A stretch of DNA of 64,000 nt, from NCBI GenBank assembly GCA_034520665.1, contig JAXHNJ010000002.1, forward strand, positions 480,660 through 544,659, given 5' to 3'. How positions within the stretch are numbered: the stretch's first letter is position 1; each line of letters starts with the position of its first letter. This document shows, piece after piece, positions 42,590-53,771 of this stretch. A program made the position numbers and the translations under genes. The notes under the pieces are model-generated. The model saw only the letters and a list, made by a program, of their open reading frames with translations. It did not search any database and was not told the origin of the DNA. This stretch comes from Patescibacteria group bacterium. Its GTDB lineage: Bacteria > Patescibacteriota > Patescibacteriia > JAXHNJ01.

Positions 42590-43260
42590 CTAGTAATAAT
42601 TTCGGTAACTGGAATATTTATAATTTTCTGGGTTTTTAACTAAATTAGCTCGGACAGGATTATGATGAATCTAATCTAATTTTTGTTTTAAAAAATTTAT
42701 AGAAAAAATATTTTTTATCCAGCCTTGACTCGGCCAGAGTTTATGAGTTTATTTTTTGGTATTAACCGTAAACGTTTTTAATAACTTTTGAGAAATTCGA
42801 AACTATCTTTTTTTGGTTTTGAGGAAGTTGGATTTCTTAATTATATTTTTAAATTTTATTTCGAGAAGATCCAACCGGATAGAGCCACGCGGATCAGGAG
42901 ATCCGCGCTTTTCGGGTAATTTTAAGGGTTTCCTTGGCAGTTTGTTTTATACTAGGTAGATGAGGGCCATGACCCTCATCTAGGCCTGGTTTACTAATTA
43001 ATAATTCTATGTAAATAATCAGGCATAATTTAGATAGCAGAGATAAATCTTTTGCTTTCGCGAAAACAAATATTCCTATCCGCGTAGCTGGAGATTTATC
43101 TCCAGGAGTTAGAATAATTCGGGTAGAGGCGAGCCCTTGCTCGCCTCTAAAATAAGGCCAAAGCGAGGGCTTTGGCCGACCCTTTTTATTATAAATACTA
43201 AAATAATTTTCAAAAAGCTAAATTCTCTAAAATTATTAATCTATCTTCATTACAGAATTA
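42590..43260 (-). pseudogene. Decayed REP-associated tyrosine transposase (RAYT, HUH Y1) with internal palindromes
   Basis: Fragments MPDYLH (43009-43026) and KLD*IHHNPVRANLVKNPENYKYSS (about 42610-42690); 5' boundary uncertain. Confidence 0.7.
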
Positions 43261-43319
43261 TTTAAATAATAATTACGATAACCTGAATATTTATAATCTT
43301 TGAGGTTTTCAAAAACATT

Positions 43320-44086
43320 TTATATCTCAATCTGCATCAAATCTTTGGCTAAAACAATTGGGCCTTTATAGGTTTTCTGGGCTTGTTTTTTAAGATCGTA
43401 TTTTTCACATTCCGGATAAAAATGTGTTAAAACTAATTTTTTTACTTTTGCTTTGGAAGCAATTTTGCCAGCTTGGGAAGGAGTTAAATGGCTTTTAACT
43501 TTATTTTGATTGGGCATGCTACTTTCAATTAATAGTAAGTCCGTATTTTTTGAAATTTCCAATAGGCTTTTCGGATAGTCAAAACATATATCTCCGGCGT
43601 AAACCATTGATTTTCCTTTATATTCAATACGATAAGCGACGGCGTAAGGAGAAAAAGTATGGCCTTGTTTCCAGGTATAGACTGATTTTACTTGGAAATT
43701 CTTCGCTTTGTAGGTTAAATTATGCATTTCTTTAATCTTTAACTTAAAACAAAAGTACTCCGTATATTTAGGAAAAAATGCCTCCCCATTTTTTTGATAA
43801 ATCCTTTTATTTTTTTAGGACCGAGTAAAACAATTTCACGATTGGTTTGTCTGACCCACCAATTCCAAAAAAGAGCCGGTAGATCGGCCACATGATCGAC
43901 ATGTGTGTGGGTAATTAAAATATAATTTATTTTTGTGTCATCATAGCCGGCATCTATAATATGCTCTTTGGTCCCGGAGCCAGCGTCCATTAAGATTAAA
44001 TCTCGGCCAATCTCCAGGAGATAACCGGGTTCATTTCTTTTGGTTGAAGGATCAGTTGTGCCCGATCCTAGAATGGTTAGTTTCAT
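43320..44086 (-). pseudogene. RNase Z/BN-like MBL-fold hydrolase split by a frameshift
   Basis: ILGSG, DAG.G, THTHVDH in 43739-44086; Y.GD, E, SH, L.LTH in 43320-43727; shift near homopolymers at about 43773-43795. Confidence 0.8.
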
Positions 44087-44668
44087 TTAATAATATTCTT
44101 TAAATAATTTGATAAATTCTTGGTTATATTTTTTTAGTTTTTTTCTTATTTTTTGGCCGGTTTTTGTAAAAAATTTAGGCTTAAAATTTTTCAAATAATC
44201 AAGAAGTTTGTTGATAGCTTTTTCATGAGGGTATCCCTTTATTAATAAATCGCCATATTCTCGTATTATACCCACCGGACCATAACACTGCAGTTTACCA
44301 GCATCAAAAATAATTTTACCCTCTAAAGTTTTAATTTTATGGCTGTTTCTAGTATCGTGATATCTAATGGCTTCTCCGATTTTATAAATTACCTCTTTGT
44401 CTAGTCCAATTTTATTTAATAATTTATTGGCTATTTTCCGGCTATTTTCTCCGTGAGGCTGACTTCTTTTTTTTGGCGCTAAGTCATGAACCAGCCCAGC
44501 CACATAGCAGATATTCTTATCAGCTCCTTCTTTTTGAGCTATTTTTTTGGCTAATTCAGCGGTTTTCAAGGCATGATTATAATGATGAAAGGGGTCATTA
44601 TTTTTGTTATATATTTTAATAACTTCTTTTCTTATTTTTTCGATTTCTTTTTGTGAAAGCCTAGCCAT
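44087..44668 (-). CDS. HD-domain protein
   Basis: H...H, AGLVHD, H, I.YH. Confidence 0.85.
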   Translation of the reverse strand: MARLSQKEIEKIRKEVIKIYNKNNDPFHHYNHALKTAELAKKIAQKEGADKNICYVAGLVHDLAPKKRSQPHGENSRKIANKLLNKIGLDKEVIYKIGEAIRYHDTRNSHKIKTLEGKIIFDAGKLQCYGPVGIIREYGDLLIKGYPHEKAINKLLDYLKNFKPKFFTKTGQKIRKKLKKYNQEFIKLFKEYY

Positions 44669-44683
44669 AGATTTATTAGATTT

Positions 44684-47221
44684 TTAATTTTTAACATATT
44701 TTATCACTATTTTTGTGATACCTAAAGCGCTAAAATATCCGAAAACAGCACCGATTAAAATTACTAACCATTCATATAAGCCTAAAGCAGTGACATGAAA
44801 AAAACTATTCAAAGGTGAATAAATGATTATTATTTGCAGTAAAAATGAGAATACCAGAGCTAGTAAGAGCCATTTATTAGATAACCAATTTAATTTTTCC
44901 CTATATCTAATGCTGGCAATTCTAATAAATTCGTAAATAATAAAGCCAGTGAATAGAGCCGTTCTGGCTACCTCAAGTCCTCGGGGTAGAAGTATAAAAA
45001 AGGTAGCGAATAATATTATCATTTTTTTTAGGCCGATAGAGCCGATTAACCAAGCTAGAGTTTTATTAATAATTGATTCGTGGGCTTTTCGGGGCTTCTC
45101 TTTCATAATATCTGGTCGGGCCGGATCGACAGCCAAAGCCAAAGCGGGCAAACCGTCTGTTAAAAGATTAATCCAAAGAATTTGCACTGGCAAAAGAACC
45201 GGCTCCTTGGTAGTAATAAATAAAGTAGCTAGAAGAATAACCCCAACTTCAGCTAAATTACAAACAAGAAGATAATTAATAGCTTTTCTAATATTATCAA
45301 ATATTTTCCGACCTTCTTTTATAGCCGTGACAATAGTTTTAAAATTATCATCGAGCAAAATCATGTCACTGGTTTCTTTAGCAATTTCCGTGCCATTAAT
45401 GCCCATAGCAATGCCAACATGAGCTTGCTTTAGAGCCAGAGAGTCATTAACTCCGTCTCCTGTCATGGCCACCCGATTATCTTTTTCCAGTATTTTTAAA
45501 ATACGCATTTTGTGAAAAGGGTTTATCCGGGCAAAAATATTAATTCCTTGATCTAATTTTTTTTGCAAAATATTCTTATCCATTTTTTCCAGTTCATGAC
45601 CCTCAATTAAGCCTTGGCTAGTCAAACCAATCTTATCGGCAATAGCTACGGCTGTATTTGGATTATCACCAGTTACCATGATTACTCTAATGCCGGCTGT
45701 TTTACATTTTTTCAAAACGGATTTTATTTCCGGATGGGGCGGATCTTCCATAGCCTGAAGACCCAGCCAAATTAATTCTGATTCCAGCTTATTTTTTGGG
45801 TCTTTGGTTTTTTTATAAGCAAAGCCTAAAACCCTCAAGGCCTGATTAGCAAATTCTTTATTACGGGCTAAAATTTCTTGCTTAATCTCTTTTTTTAGAG
45901 GAATTATTTTGCCATTTTTATAATATTTTTTACATTTTTTAATTAAAATTTCTGGCGCTCCTTTAGTATAGACTGTATAGTCTGGATTATTTAAATTTTT
46001 AACCACCACACTCATCATTTTTCTATCAGCAGTAAAGGGAATTTCGTTTATTCTTTTATTTTTTTCTAGTATCTTGGCCGTATCAACTATTTTATCAGCG
46101 GCTCGATAAAGAGCTACTTCAGTTTCATCGCCAATATATTTTTTTTCTTTTGACTTATTTTTTTGTTTTTTTGTATCATTGCATAAAACCCCGCAGACCA
46201 ACATTGGTTTTAATGGTTTAATATCGTTTACATTTAATTTATCGGCTTTGTAAATTTTACTAGCCATAAAAAGATCAGTAACCGTCATTTCATTTTTAGT
46301 AATAGTACCGGTTTTGTCAGTACAGATAATATTAACTGAACCAATTGATTCGGCTACCCCCAGTTTTCTTATTAAAGCCTTCTTTTTAACCATTAGTTTA
46401 GCGCCAAAAGCCAGAGTCAAAACAACAATAGCTGGCAAACCTTCAGGGATAGAAGCTACGGCTAAAGAAATGGCGGTTAAAACTGAGATATATAAGGAGT
46501 ATTTAAAAAGGCTGATTAAAAAAATTATAACCGTAATAACGCCAACTAGCCAGAATATTTTTTTACTGAATTTTGAAATTTCTTTTTCAAAAAGAGTTTT
46601 GTTCTTTTTTATATCTTGCAGTTTATCGGCAATTTTACCAATTTTTGTGCTCATACCAGTATTTATAATACGAGCCTTAGCTCGACCGATATAAACAAAA
46701 GTATTCATATATATTTTTTCTTCCCCTTTTTTACTTACGGCCCTGGATTCCCCGGTTAAACTGGACTCGTCAACTTTTAAATTATGAGATTCAATAATTT
46801 TGGCATCAGCCGGAATAATATCTCCCGATTCTAGAAAAATAATATCATTTTGTGCTAACTTGGTACTTGGTATTTCCTTTATTTTACCGTCTCTTAATAC
46901 TTTAGCCTTGGGAGTAGCCATTTTTTGCAAGGCTTCAATTGATTTTTCAGCCTTATACTCCTGAAAAAAACCAGAGATACCGGAAATAAGTACAATAATT
47001 AAAATAAGAACGGCATCAATAATATTGGGGTCAGTATTAGGTAAAAAACCGATAACTAGAGAAATAACAGCGGCGATAATTAAAATTATTATCAAAGGTG
47101 AAGTAAATTGAGATAATAAAATTTTGAACGGGCTCTCTTGCTTTTTCTTTTTAATTTGATTAAGCCCGTCTTTTTTAAGAATTTTTGCTGCTTGTTTGGT
47201 TGATAAACCTTTATACGGCAT
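44684..47221 (-). CDS. Cation-transporting P-type ATPase (type II)
   Basis: TGES, PEGL, DKTGT, KGAPE, TGDN, GDGVND. Confidence 0.95.
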   Translation of the reverse strand: MPYKGLSTKQAAKILKKDGLNQIKKKKQESPFKILLSQFTSPLIIILIIAAVISLVIGFLPNTDPNIIDAVLILIIVLISGISGFFQEYKAEKSIEALQKMATPKAKVLRDGKIKEIPSTKLAQNDIIFLESGDIIPADAKIIESHNLKVDESSLTGESRAVSKKGEEKIYMNTFVYIGRAKARIINTGMSTKIGKIADKLQDIKKNKTLFEKEISKFSKKIFWLVGVITVIIFLISLFKYSLYISVLTAISLAVASIPEGLPAIVVLTLAFGAKLMVKKKALIRKLGVAESIGSVNIICTDKTGTITKNEMTVTDLFMASKIYKADKLNVNDIKPLKPMLVCGVLCNDTKKQKNKSKEKKYIGDETEVALYRAADKIVDTAKILEKNKRINEIPFTADRKMMSVVVKNLNNPDYTVYTKGAPEILIKKCKKYYKNGKIIPLKKEIKQEILARNKEFANQALRVLGFAYKKTKDPKNKLESELIWLGLQAMEDPPHPEIKSVLKKCKTAGIRVIMVTGDNPNTAVAIADKIGLTSQGLIEGHELEKMDKNILQKKLDQGINIFARINPFHKMRILKILEKDNRVAMTGDGVNDSLALKQAHVGIAMGINGTEIAKETSDMILLDDNFKTIVTAIKEGRKIFDNIRKAINYLLVCNLAEVGVILLATLFITTKEPVLLPVQILWINLLTDGLPALALAVDPARPDIMKEKPRKAHESIINKTLAWLIGSIGLKKMIILFATFFILLPRGLEVARTALFTGFIIYEFIRIASIRYREKLNWLSNKWLLLALVFSFLLQIIIIYSPLNSFFHVTALGLYEWLVILIGAVFGYFSALGITKIVIKYVKN

Positions 47222-48377
47222 TTTTTTTAACTTTCCATTTTACTAATAAATTAGAAAATAAAATTGGTACAAGAAATTTAAAAACTATACTTGAGGCAAT
47301 AATTATGGAAAATAAATCACTTTTTATTAACCCATTATCAAATAAGATTTTTATTATAATAATACTGGTACTAAATCTTACAGAAAGACCAATACCAAGT
47401 AGAATAGATTTTTTTGTACCTAATGTATTTTTAGCAATAAGATAACTAGCTAAAAGTTTTCCTGTTTTTGCCACACTGACGACCAAAAGAATTAATAAAG
47501 GATATTTTATAAGATATCCCATATCCATCTCTACTCCTACTGACAAGAAAAATATTGGAGCAAAAAAACCATAACATAATGATTTAATTTCGCTTTCTAT
47601 TTTAAGTAATTTTTCTTTTGGAAGGAAATTTTTAAGAATAACTCCTGCTAATAAAGCAGTAATTATTTCAATTTGAATATATTTTCCAATTCCAATAAAA
47701 AGAAAAAAAATAGATAAAGTTAGGAGAAAAAGATTTTCTATAGATAGGTGAGTAAATTTTTGTATTTTTATTTTTAATCTTTTTATAATGAAAATTATAA
47801 TAAATAAAAAGGAAAAGGAAATAGTAATTGAAAATATATTTATTTGATGATTGCCAGTTGAGCCAGTTAAAAAAATTACAATAATAAGAAGAATAAATTC
47901 TATTATATCGTCTAGTGTGCCAATGCCAATAATACTTTGTCCTAATTTAGTATTTATTATTTTAAATTCATCTAAAATAGGAATTAATATTGCTTCGCCA
48001 ACTGTAGCAAAAGATAAAGCCACTAAAAATGCTATAAACCAACTATAACCAAAAACAAAATGAATAAGTAAAGAACCCATAACCCCTTCTAAAAAAATAA
48101 TAAAAAAAGTAGCTCTAAAGATAAAACTACCTATTTTTTTCAATTTTTTTAAATTTATTTCAAAACCGATAATAAAAAGTAAAAAATACATTCCGAGTTG
48201 AGACATAAATTCAAATGTCTCAGAAGAAGTAATAGATTTAAAAGGATTATATATAGCTAGTAATGTTCCAAGTAATAAAGAAGCAAAAATCCAAGGAACT
48301 CTAATTTTTTCAATTTGCTTGCCAATTACAAAAGTGAGAAGAAATAAGGCACCTAAAAATATAAAAATATTAATCAT
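47211..48377 (-). CDS. Cation:proton antiporter (CPA2)
   Basis: LLF.IG.E, DD motif, FF.PIFF..VG. Confidence 0.85.
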   Translation of the reverse strand: MINIFIFLGALFLLTFVIGKQIEKIRVPWIFASLLLGTLLAIYNPFKSITSSETFEFMSQLGMYFLLFIIGFEINLKKLKKIGSFIFRATFFIIFLEGVMGSLLIHFVFGYSWFIAFLVALSFATVGEAILIPILDEFKIINTKLGQSIIGIGTLDDIIEFILLIIVIFLTGSTGNHQINIFSITISFSFLFIIIFIIKRLKIKIQKFTHLSIENLFLLTLSIFFLFIGIGKYIQIEIITALLAGVILKNFLPKEKLLKIESEIKSLCYGFFAPIFFLSVGVEMDMGYLIKYPLLILLVVSVAKTGKLLASYLIAKNTLGTKKSILLGIGLSVRFSTSIIIIKILFDNGLIKSDLFSIIIASSIVFKFLVPILFSNLLVKWKVKKNAV

Positions 48378-48463
48378 AAATATAATAGTTTATTTAAGTT
48401 TACAAAAAAATAAAAGAAATATTATAAATACATCTTTATTATAGCAAAAATAGTACAATTATT

Positions 48464-49099
48464 AAATTATTTTTTGTATTTTTTTTTGAATTAATTTCTC
48501 TAATTGATTTATTTGAGGCTTAAGAGGCCTAGCTGTGTTAATGGTGTATAAAAATATTATTTTTTTGAGATTTTTTAAGTATAAATGTTTTCCTTGATGA
48601 TAGATATATTTATTAGAAATATATTCTTTGTTTATAGTTTTAAAATCAGTATTTTTATTTTTAAATCTTTTTAATATTATTTTTTCCGGACAAAAAATAT
48701 TCAGCCAAATTAAATGAGCTCTAAATTTACGAGCTATTTGTTTATGTTTCTTAATATCAGATAAAGTCTGATTGCCGGCATCTATAAGAAGGCTATATTT
48801 TTCTTTAAGTAATCTTTCTGAAGATTTGTATAGAATTTTTTTTATGGCTTTATTAAAATTCTTTTTTTATAAAGATTGATAAAAATTTGACGAATAGCGT
48901 CTGAACGAAGAATAACCAAAGGAAGTTTTTCAGCTATTCTTTTAGCGGTTGTGCTTTTACCAGCACCTACTTTGCCAAATAAACAAATATAAATTGGACT
49001 TTTTAATTTTTTTTTCGGAATTTTTAAAGAATCAAAAAACTGCTGATAAATTTTTTTCTCATCAGCAGTAAAATCCGTATTAAAGATTTTTTTTGTCAT
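48464..49099 (-). pseudogene. P-loop kinase (AAA_33-like) split by a frameshift
   Basis: GKVGAGKST and SD.IR in 48842-49099; continuation KNFNKAIKKILYKSSERLLKEKYSLLIDAG in another frame after the A7 run at 48862-48868; 3' end approximate. Confidence 0.7.
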
Positions 49100-49102
49100 A
49101 AT

Positions 49103-50383
49103 TTATTTAACTAAACTTTTCAAAAACTTCATAGTTTTTTTGGAAGTGAGGAAATTCTTGAGGTACATTTTGTATTGAGGACTATCAAGCTGTTTAATAA
49201 TTTCCTGATTGTCTTGGTATTGTTTTTTAGCTTTTTTAACTTCTTCTTCCACTTCTTTATCACTAGCTTCAATATTTTCTTTTTGCGCAATGTGTTGCAT
49301 AACCAGAGCAGTTTTTATTCTCTGCTTGGCTTGTGGTCTTAATTCTTTTTTCAAGTCTTCTTGACTTTTTTTAATACTTTTTAAGTAATCATCAAATTTA
49401 AGTCCTTGCCGGGCGATATTTTGTTCCATTTCTTTAAGCATTTTATCCAGCTCTGAGTTGATTAATAATTCAGGTATCTCGGCAAATTTTGAATTTTTAA
49501 TAATATCTTTGAAAATTTTAGACTCAAACTTTCTTTCTTCTCGTAATTTTTTTTCTTTTTTTAGATTTTCTTCAATATTTTTTTGCAGTTGGGCAAAATT
49601 TTTAAATTTGCCTAAGGTCTTAGCAAATTCGTCATTTAATTCCGGTAATTCAATTTTATAAACTGCCAGCATTTTAACTTTAAACTCGGCTTCTTTGCCG
49701 GCTAGATCTTTTTTATGATAATCTTTGGGGAATTTTAGTTTAAACTCTTTGACTTTATTTTTAGTTAAGCCAATTAAGTTCTCTTCAAAACCAGGAATAA
49801 AACTGCCTTGGCCGATAACTAAAGGATGTTTTTTGGAAGAGCCGCCTTCAATCGGTACTTTATCGACAAAAACATCAAAGTTAACTTCGACTTTATCTCC
49901 TTTCTTAGCTGACCGGTCTACGGAGATTTCTTGGCCTCGCATTTGTTGGAGTTTTTTTAGAGCTTCATCAATTTCCTTTTTTTCTAGTTTTACTTCTTCT
50001 TTTTTTGCTTTTACGTTTTTGTAATCACCTAGAGTTATATCGGGCAAAAGAGCTACTTTAGCTTTATAAACCAAAGGGTTGCCCGGAGCTAGTTTTTCAA
50101 TTTCAATTTTTGGCTGACCTAAAGTTTTTAAATTATGATCAAGCACGGCTTTAGGAAAAGTTTTTTTAACAATATCTTCCACGGCTTCCTGATATATTTG
50201 GGCTTCACCGACTTGTTTTTTAACCAGGTCATAAGGAGCCTTGCCTGGCCTGAAACCGGATATTTTCATACCCTTAGACATACGGGCGGCCGCATTAGTT
50301 AAAAATGGTTTAAGTTCGTAATTTGAGACTTCAATGGTTAATTCAGCCTCTGATTGAGGTAATTTTTTAACATCAACTTTCAT
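49103..50383 (-). CDS. tig: Trigger factor
   Basis: GFRPGKAP, FIPGFEE, FP.DYH..DLAGK. Confidence 0.96.
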   Translation of the reverse strand: MKVDVKKLPQSEAELTIEVSNYELKPFLTNAAARMSKGMKISGFRPGKAPYDLVKKQVGEAQIYQEAVEDIVKKTFPKAVLDHNLKTLGQPKIEIEKLAPGNPLVYKAKVALLPDITLGDYKNVKAKKEEVKLEKKEIDEALKKLQQMRGQEISVDRSAKKGDKVEVNFDVFVDKVPIEGGSSKKHPLVIGQGSFIPGFEENLIGLTKNKVKEFKLKFPKDYHKKDLAGKEAEFKVKMLAVYKIELPELNDEFAKTLGKFKNFAQLQKNIEENLKKEKKLREERKFESKIFKDIIKNSKFAEIPELLINSELDKMLKEMEQNIARQGLKFDDYLKSIKKSQEDLKKELRPQAKQRIKTALVMQHIAQKENIEASDKEVEEEVKKAKKQYQDNQEIIKQLDSPQYKMYLKNFLTSKKTMKFLKSLVK

Positions 50384-50536
50384 AAAAATAATTTACTTTA
50401 ATTTTTAATAACGTTTTCTTATTTTAACTTATTTTTTGTTATTTGACAAGAATTAATGATATGTTAAGGTTTTAAAAGGCGCTCATTAATTAAAAGTTTT
50501 ATTTATAAGCTAAAATAAAACAAAAGGAGGTTCATC

Positions 50537-50725
50537 ATGTCCTTAGTGACGCTGAATATTCGTGTTCCCAGCGAACAGGCTGATAATGTTAAAGAGCTGA
50601 TTGAAGAACTAGAAAAAATCTGGTATCGTTCAGGTACTTTTGATGGACAAAAGGTAGCGGTTTTAATAAGAAGAATCAGAGAAGATAGCCAAAAAGACAA
50701 AATTTACATTATGTCTGATGAGTAA
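50537..50725 (+). CDS. Small hypothetical protein
   Basis: AGGAGG RBS, upstream TTGACA, downstream terminator at 50754-50783. Confidence 0.6.
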   Translation: MSLVTLNIRVPSEQADNVKELIEELEKIWYRSGTFDGQKVAVLIRRIREDSQKDKIYIMSDE

Positions 50726-50944
50726 ATGTCTGAGTAATTTTTTACAAAACAAAGGGAGCTTGCCCGGTCAAACTCCCTTTTTTATTTTTAAAATTGGATC
50801 AGGAGATTATCTTTTTTATATCTTAAGAAAGAGTATTATTTAATCAATCTAATTTTTCAAAAATAAAGTAAGCGCAGACCCTTAGATCTGCGCTTCTCGC
50901 GGTTGAAATAAACTAAATTATCTAATCCTTAGTTTTTACAAATT

Positions 50945-52411
50945 TTAATCTTTTGGCCGATTATCAATAATTCTTTTTTCTTTGAGTTCTGATTCCATGC
51001 CAGTACGGTGAAGGATTTTTTTCATATCTTCTTTGATAATTTTCGGCGTTACCCCGACTTCATAACTGAATTTCTTTTTAAGTTGTTTTTCAAAAACTTC
51101 CCAATTATCTATTTTTTTCTTAGGACAAATATAAATAATCATTTCGTCAACTTCAAAAGGGTCATTATCTTTTTTCTTGATTTCCACCTGCCATTCGTCA
51201 ATCCCTTGATAACCGGATAAAAGCGGATAAATATTATTAAGGTTAATTAATTCTCCTTTAACTTTGGTTAGCTTAAACTCTTTCATCTGACTGGAACGCT
51301 GAATATCCGGAAAAATTTGCGGTACAGTCAAACCACAGTGTGGGCAAGGGTCATAGCTAATTCCCTTAACCATATCTCCAGTGCGATAGCGGGCTACTAT
51401 TGAACCGCGCCAGCCCAGTAAGGTTAAAACCAGTTCACCAGGTTGGCCTTCTTTGACTCTTTGACCGTCTTTGTCCACTACTTCAAAAAATTCCAAATCC
51501 GGATAGGTATGATAGCCAGTGGTTTCAGAGCACTGAATCCAGGCTGTTTTGCCCTCAGTCATAGCGTAAGTAGCGTATATCTGCGGCATTTTAGCCCCCA
51601 TTTTTTCTAAGAGTTCGCGAGTTTTGTCCCTTAAACCTTGACCAATTCTTTCACCGCCGGTAATGACATATTTAACCGAAGAAAAATCCCGATTTTGCTT
51701 AGTCGCTTCACGTAATATATGATAGCCATAACCCGGAATGTAAAGAATTAAGGAAGCTTTCATTTTTTCAATGGCATCAATAATTTTTTGAGTGCCTAGT
51801 ATTTTACCGCCACCAGTATGCAAGGACGTCATACCGAGTTTAGCTAAAGCGTAATGAGCGATCCAAAAAGCCAGATGTGGAGAAAAGGGGAAGGCGTTAA
51901 TAGCAATTTGATCTCGCGGCACTTTAATGACATTTAACATTCTTTCACCTGATTCTTTCATAATCTCCAAATCATAAGCTGAGTAAAGAAAAGGAGTGGC
52001 TAAAGCACTGCGACCAGTAGTAAAATGTATGTGAATCGGTTTATATTGCCACTCTAATTCTCTTTTTACGTCTTCACGTCTTATTTTTTTATAAATCATT
52101 TTCAGTATTTCAGACTTAGGAGCGTATTTTTTGATTAATTTTTCATCTGGTTGTAAAATAAAGTTTTTATAGCGGGCTGGATCGTTTTTTGACGGAGCCA
52201 AATCTTCCTTTGAAGAAAGAGGAATCTTTTGCAGATCTTCTGTATTTTTAATATCTGAAAATTTCAGATTATTTTTTTTAAAAAGATTACGGTAATAGGG
52301 GGAATAAGGCAGCTGGTGGCGCATAAAATATTCTACTTTTTTATCCTGCATTTTTTTTATTTCTTTTTTTGGCATGTGGGAAATTTTTTCCCAGTTTTCA
52401 TAGATTTTCAT
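50945..52411 (-). CDS. PaaK-like AMP-forming ligase (phenylacetate-CoA ligase family)
   Basis: P.Y, K..L, TTGRS, GGE, YAMTE, GELV.T, RYRTGD. Confidence 0.8.
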   Translation of the reverse strand: MKIYENWEKISHMPKKEIKKMQDKKVEYFMRHQLPYSPYYRNLFKKNNLKFSDIKNTEDLQKIPLSSKEDLAPSKNDPARYKNFILQPDEKLIKKYAPKSEILKMIYKKIRREDVKRELEWQYKPIHIHFTTGRSALATPFLYSAYDLEIMKESGERMLNVIKVPRDQIAINAFPFSPHLAFWIAHYALAKLGMTSLHTGGGKILGTQKIIDAIEKMKASLILYIPGYGYHILREATKQNRDFSSVKYVITGGERIGQGLRDKTRELLEKMGAKMPQIYATYAMTEGKTAWIQCSETTGYHTYPDLEFFEVVDKDGQRVKEGQPGELVLTLLGWRGSIVARYRTGDMVKGISYDPCPHCGLTVPQIFPDIQRSSQMKEFKLTKVKGELINLNNIYPLLSGYQGIDEWQVEIKKKDNDPFEVDEMIIYICPKKKIDNWEVFEKQLKKKFSYEVGVTPKIIKEDMKKILHRTGMESELKEKRIIDNRPKD

Positions 52412-52432
52412 AGATTTTAAATTAATAGATTA

Positions 52433-53044
52433 TTAAAAAGAATAAGTTTTCTGACAGAGAGGAGAAATTTTTTGCATTACCTCATCAGTTAATTTATGAA
52501 AAGTTTTTTTATTAAGGTCTTGGCCGTAGTATTTTTTAAAGGTTATGGCTTCTCCGATATTTATAGTCACCTGATTATTGCTGGTCAGCATTTTTTTTAC
52601 TGAACGCATAAATGTTTTTTCCATGGGTCCCTTAATACCAATGGGTATAATAGGAATTTGGGCTTTTATAGCCATTCGCACACTACCGGTTTTTCCCCGA
52701 AGCAGATATTTTTTATAATTTCTTTTGCCTTCAATAAAATTACAGATAGTTTTACCTCTTTTTAAATATTTAACGGCAGTCTCAATACTTTGTAATTTAT
52801 TTTTTGGGTCAATTGGTAGAGTAGCTTTAGTCCACCAGTAATTCTTAGTTTTAGAAAGAAAGTAAATTAAATGTTTATTTATCATATAAAAACCAAAACA
52901 AACATAAAAACCATCTAAAAAATCAATATGATTGGAAGCAATTATATAAGGTCCCTTTTGAGGAATATTTTCTATACCATTAATAGAGTTAAATTTATTC
53001 CTAAAAATTGGTAAAAGCATTTTTCTAATTATCACATAAATCAT
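52433..53044 (-). CDS. PlsC-like lysophospholipid acyltransferase
   Basis: NH...LD, FIEG.R, KTG. Confidence 0.85.
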   Translation of the reverse strand: MIYVIIRKMLLPIFRNKFNSINGIENIPQKGPYIIASNHIDFLDGFYVCFGFYMINKHLIYFLSKTKNYWWTKATLPIDPKNKLQSIETAVKYLKRGKTICNFIEGKRNYKKYLLRGKTGSVRMAIKAQIPIIPIGIKGPMEKTFMRSVKKMLTSNNQVTINIGEAITFKKYYGQDLNKKTFHKLTDEVMQKISPLCQKTYSF

Positions 53045-53047
53045 ACA

Positions 53048-53689
53048 TTAATAAGGATAGCTTTTTCGGCAAAGTTTGCCAATAGCAAGCATTATTTTTT
53101 TAGTTAAATTATTAAGAGTATTTTTATCAATTTTTTTATCATAATACTTTGAAAAGTAGATTGCTTGGCCGATATGTATCTCTAGTTTTCTGCCGGGAAA
53201 AAGAAAATTTTTAATTAATTGAAAAACTTTTTTACCTTTGGGCATAATCAGACCAATAGGAATAACGGGTACCTTAGTTTTTAAAGCTAGTCTAACAGCC
53301 CCAGTTTTACCTTTTAAAAGTTTGTTAGGATTATAATTGCGTTTGGCTTCGGGAAAAATAACTAAAATTTTATTGTTACGCAAACACTTGATACAAGTAT
53401 TAATTATCTTTTTTTTATTATTTTTATCTATATAAAGCATCCCCAGATATTTATGACCAAACTGGCCGTAAGTTTTTTTCAATTCTTGTTTACTGATAGA
53501 ATAGATAAATCTTTTTGTATAGGAAACAATAACAGCATGCATAAAAATAGCGTCAAGAAAACTTTGATGATTGGAGACAATAATAAAAGCACCGCCTGAA
53601 GGTAAATTTTTTAAACCAGTAACTGTTTTTATTTTACCTTTTATTAAGTAAACAGCTATTTTAATAAACCAGGGAATTTTTTGAGACAT
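53048..53689 (-). CDS. PlsC-like lysophospholipid acyltransferase
   Basis: NHQSFLD, FPE..R, GKTGA. Confidence 0.87.
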   Translation of the reverse strand: MSQKIPWFIKIAVYLIKGKIKTVTGLKNLPSGGAFIIVSNHQSFLDAIFMHAVIVSYTKRFIYSISKQELKKTYGQFGHKYLGMLYIDKNNKKKIINTCIKCLRNNKILVIFPEAKRNYNPNKLLKGKTGAVRLALKTKVPVIPIGLIMPKGKKVFQLIKNFLFPGRKLEIHIGQAIYFSKYYDKKIDKNTLNNLTKKIMLAIGKLCRKSYPY

Positions 53690-53771
53690 ATTTTTATTAT
53701 ATAGCAGCCAGAGCCTTAAGGCTCTGGCTGCATAAATATCTAATTTATTTATTATCTAATTCTAGCATTTT

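Noticed and set aside
48855-48872. Programmed -1 frameshift at an AAAAAAG run
   Set aside because: The heptamer is not in the canonical A_AAA_AAG frame and no stimulatory structure is evident.
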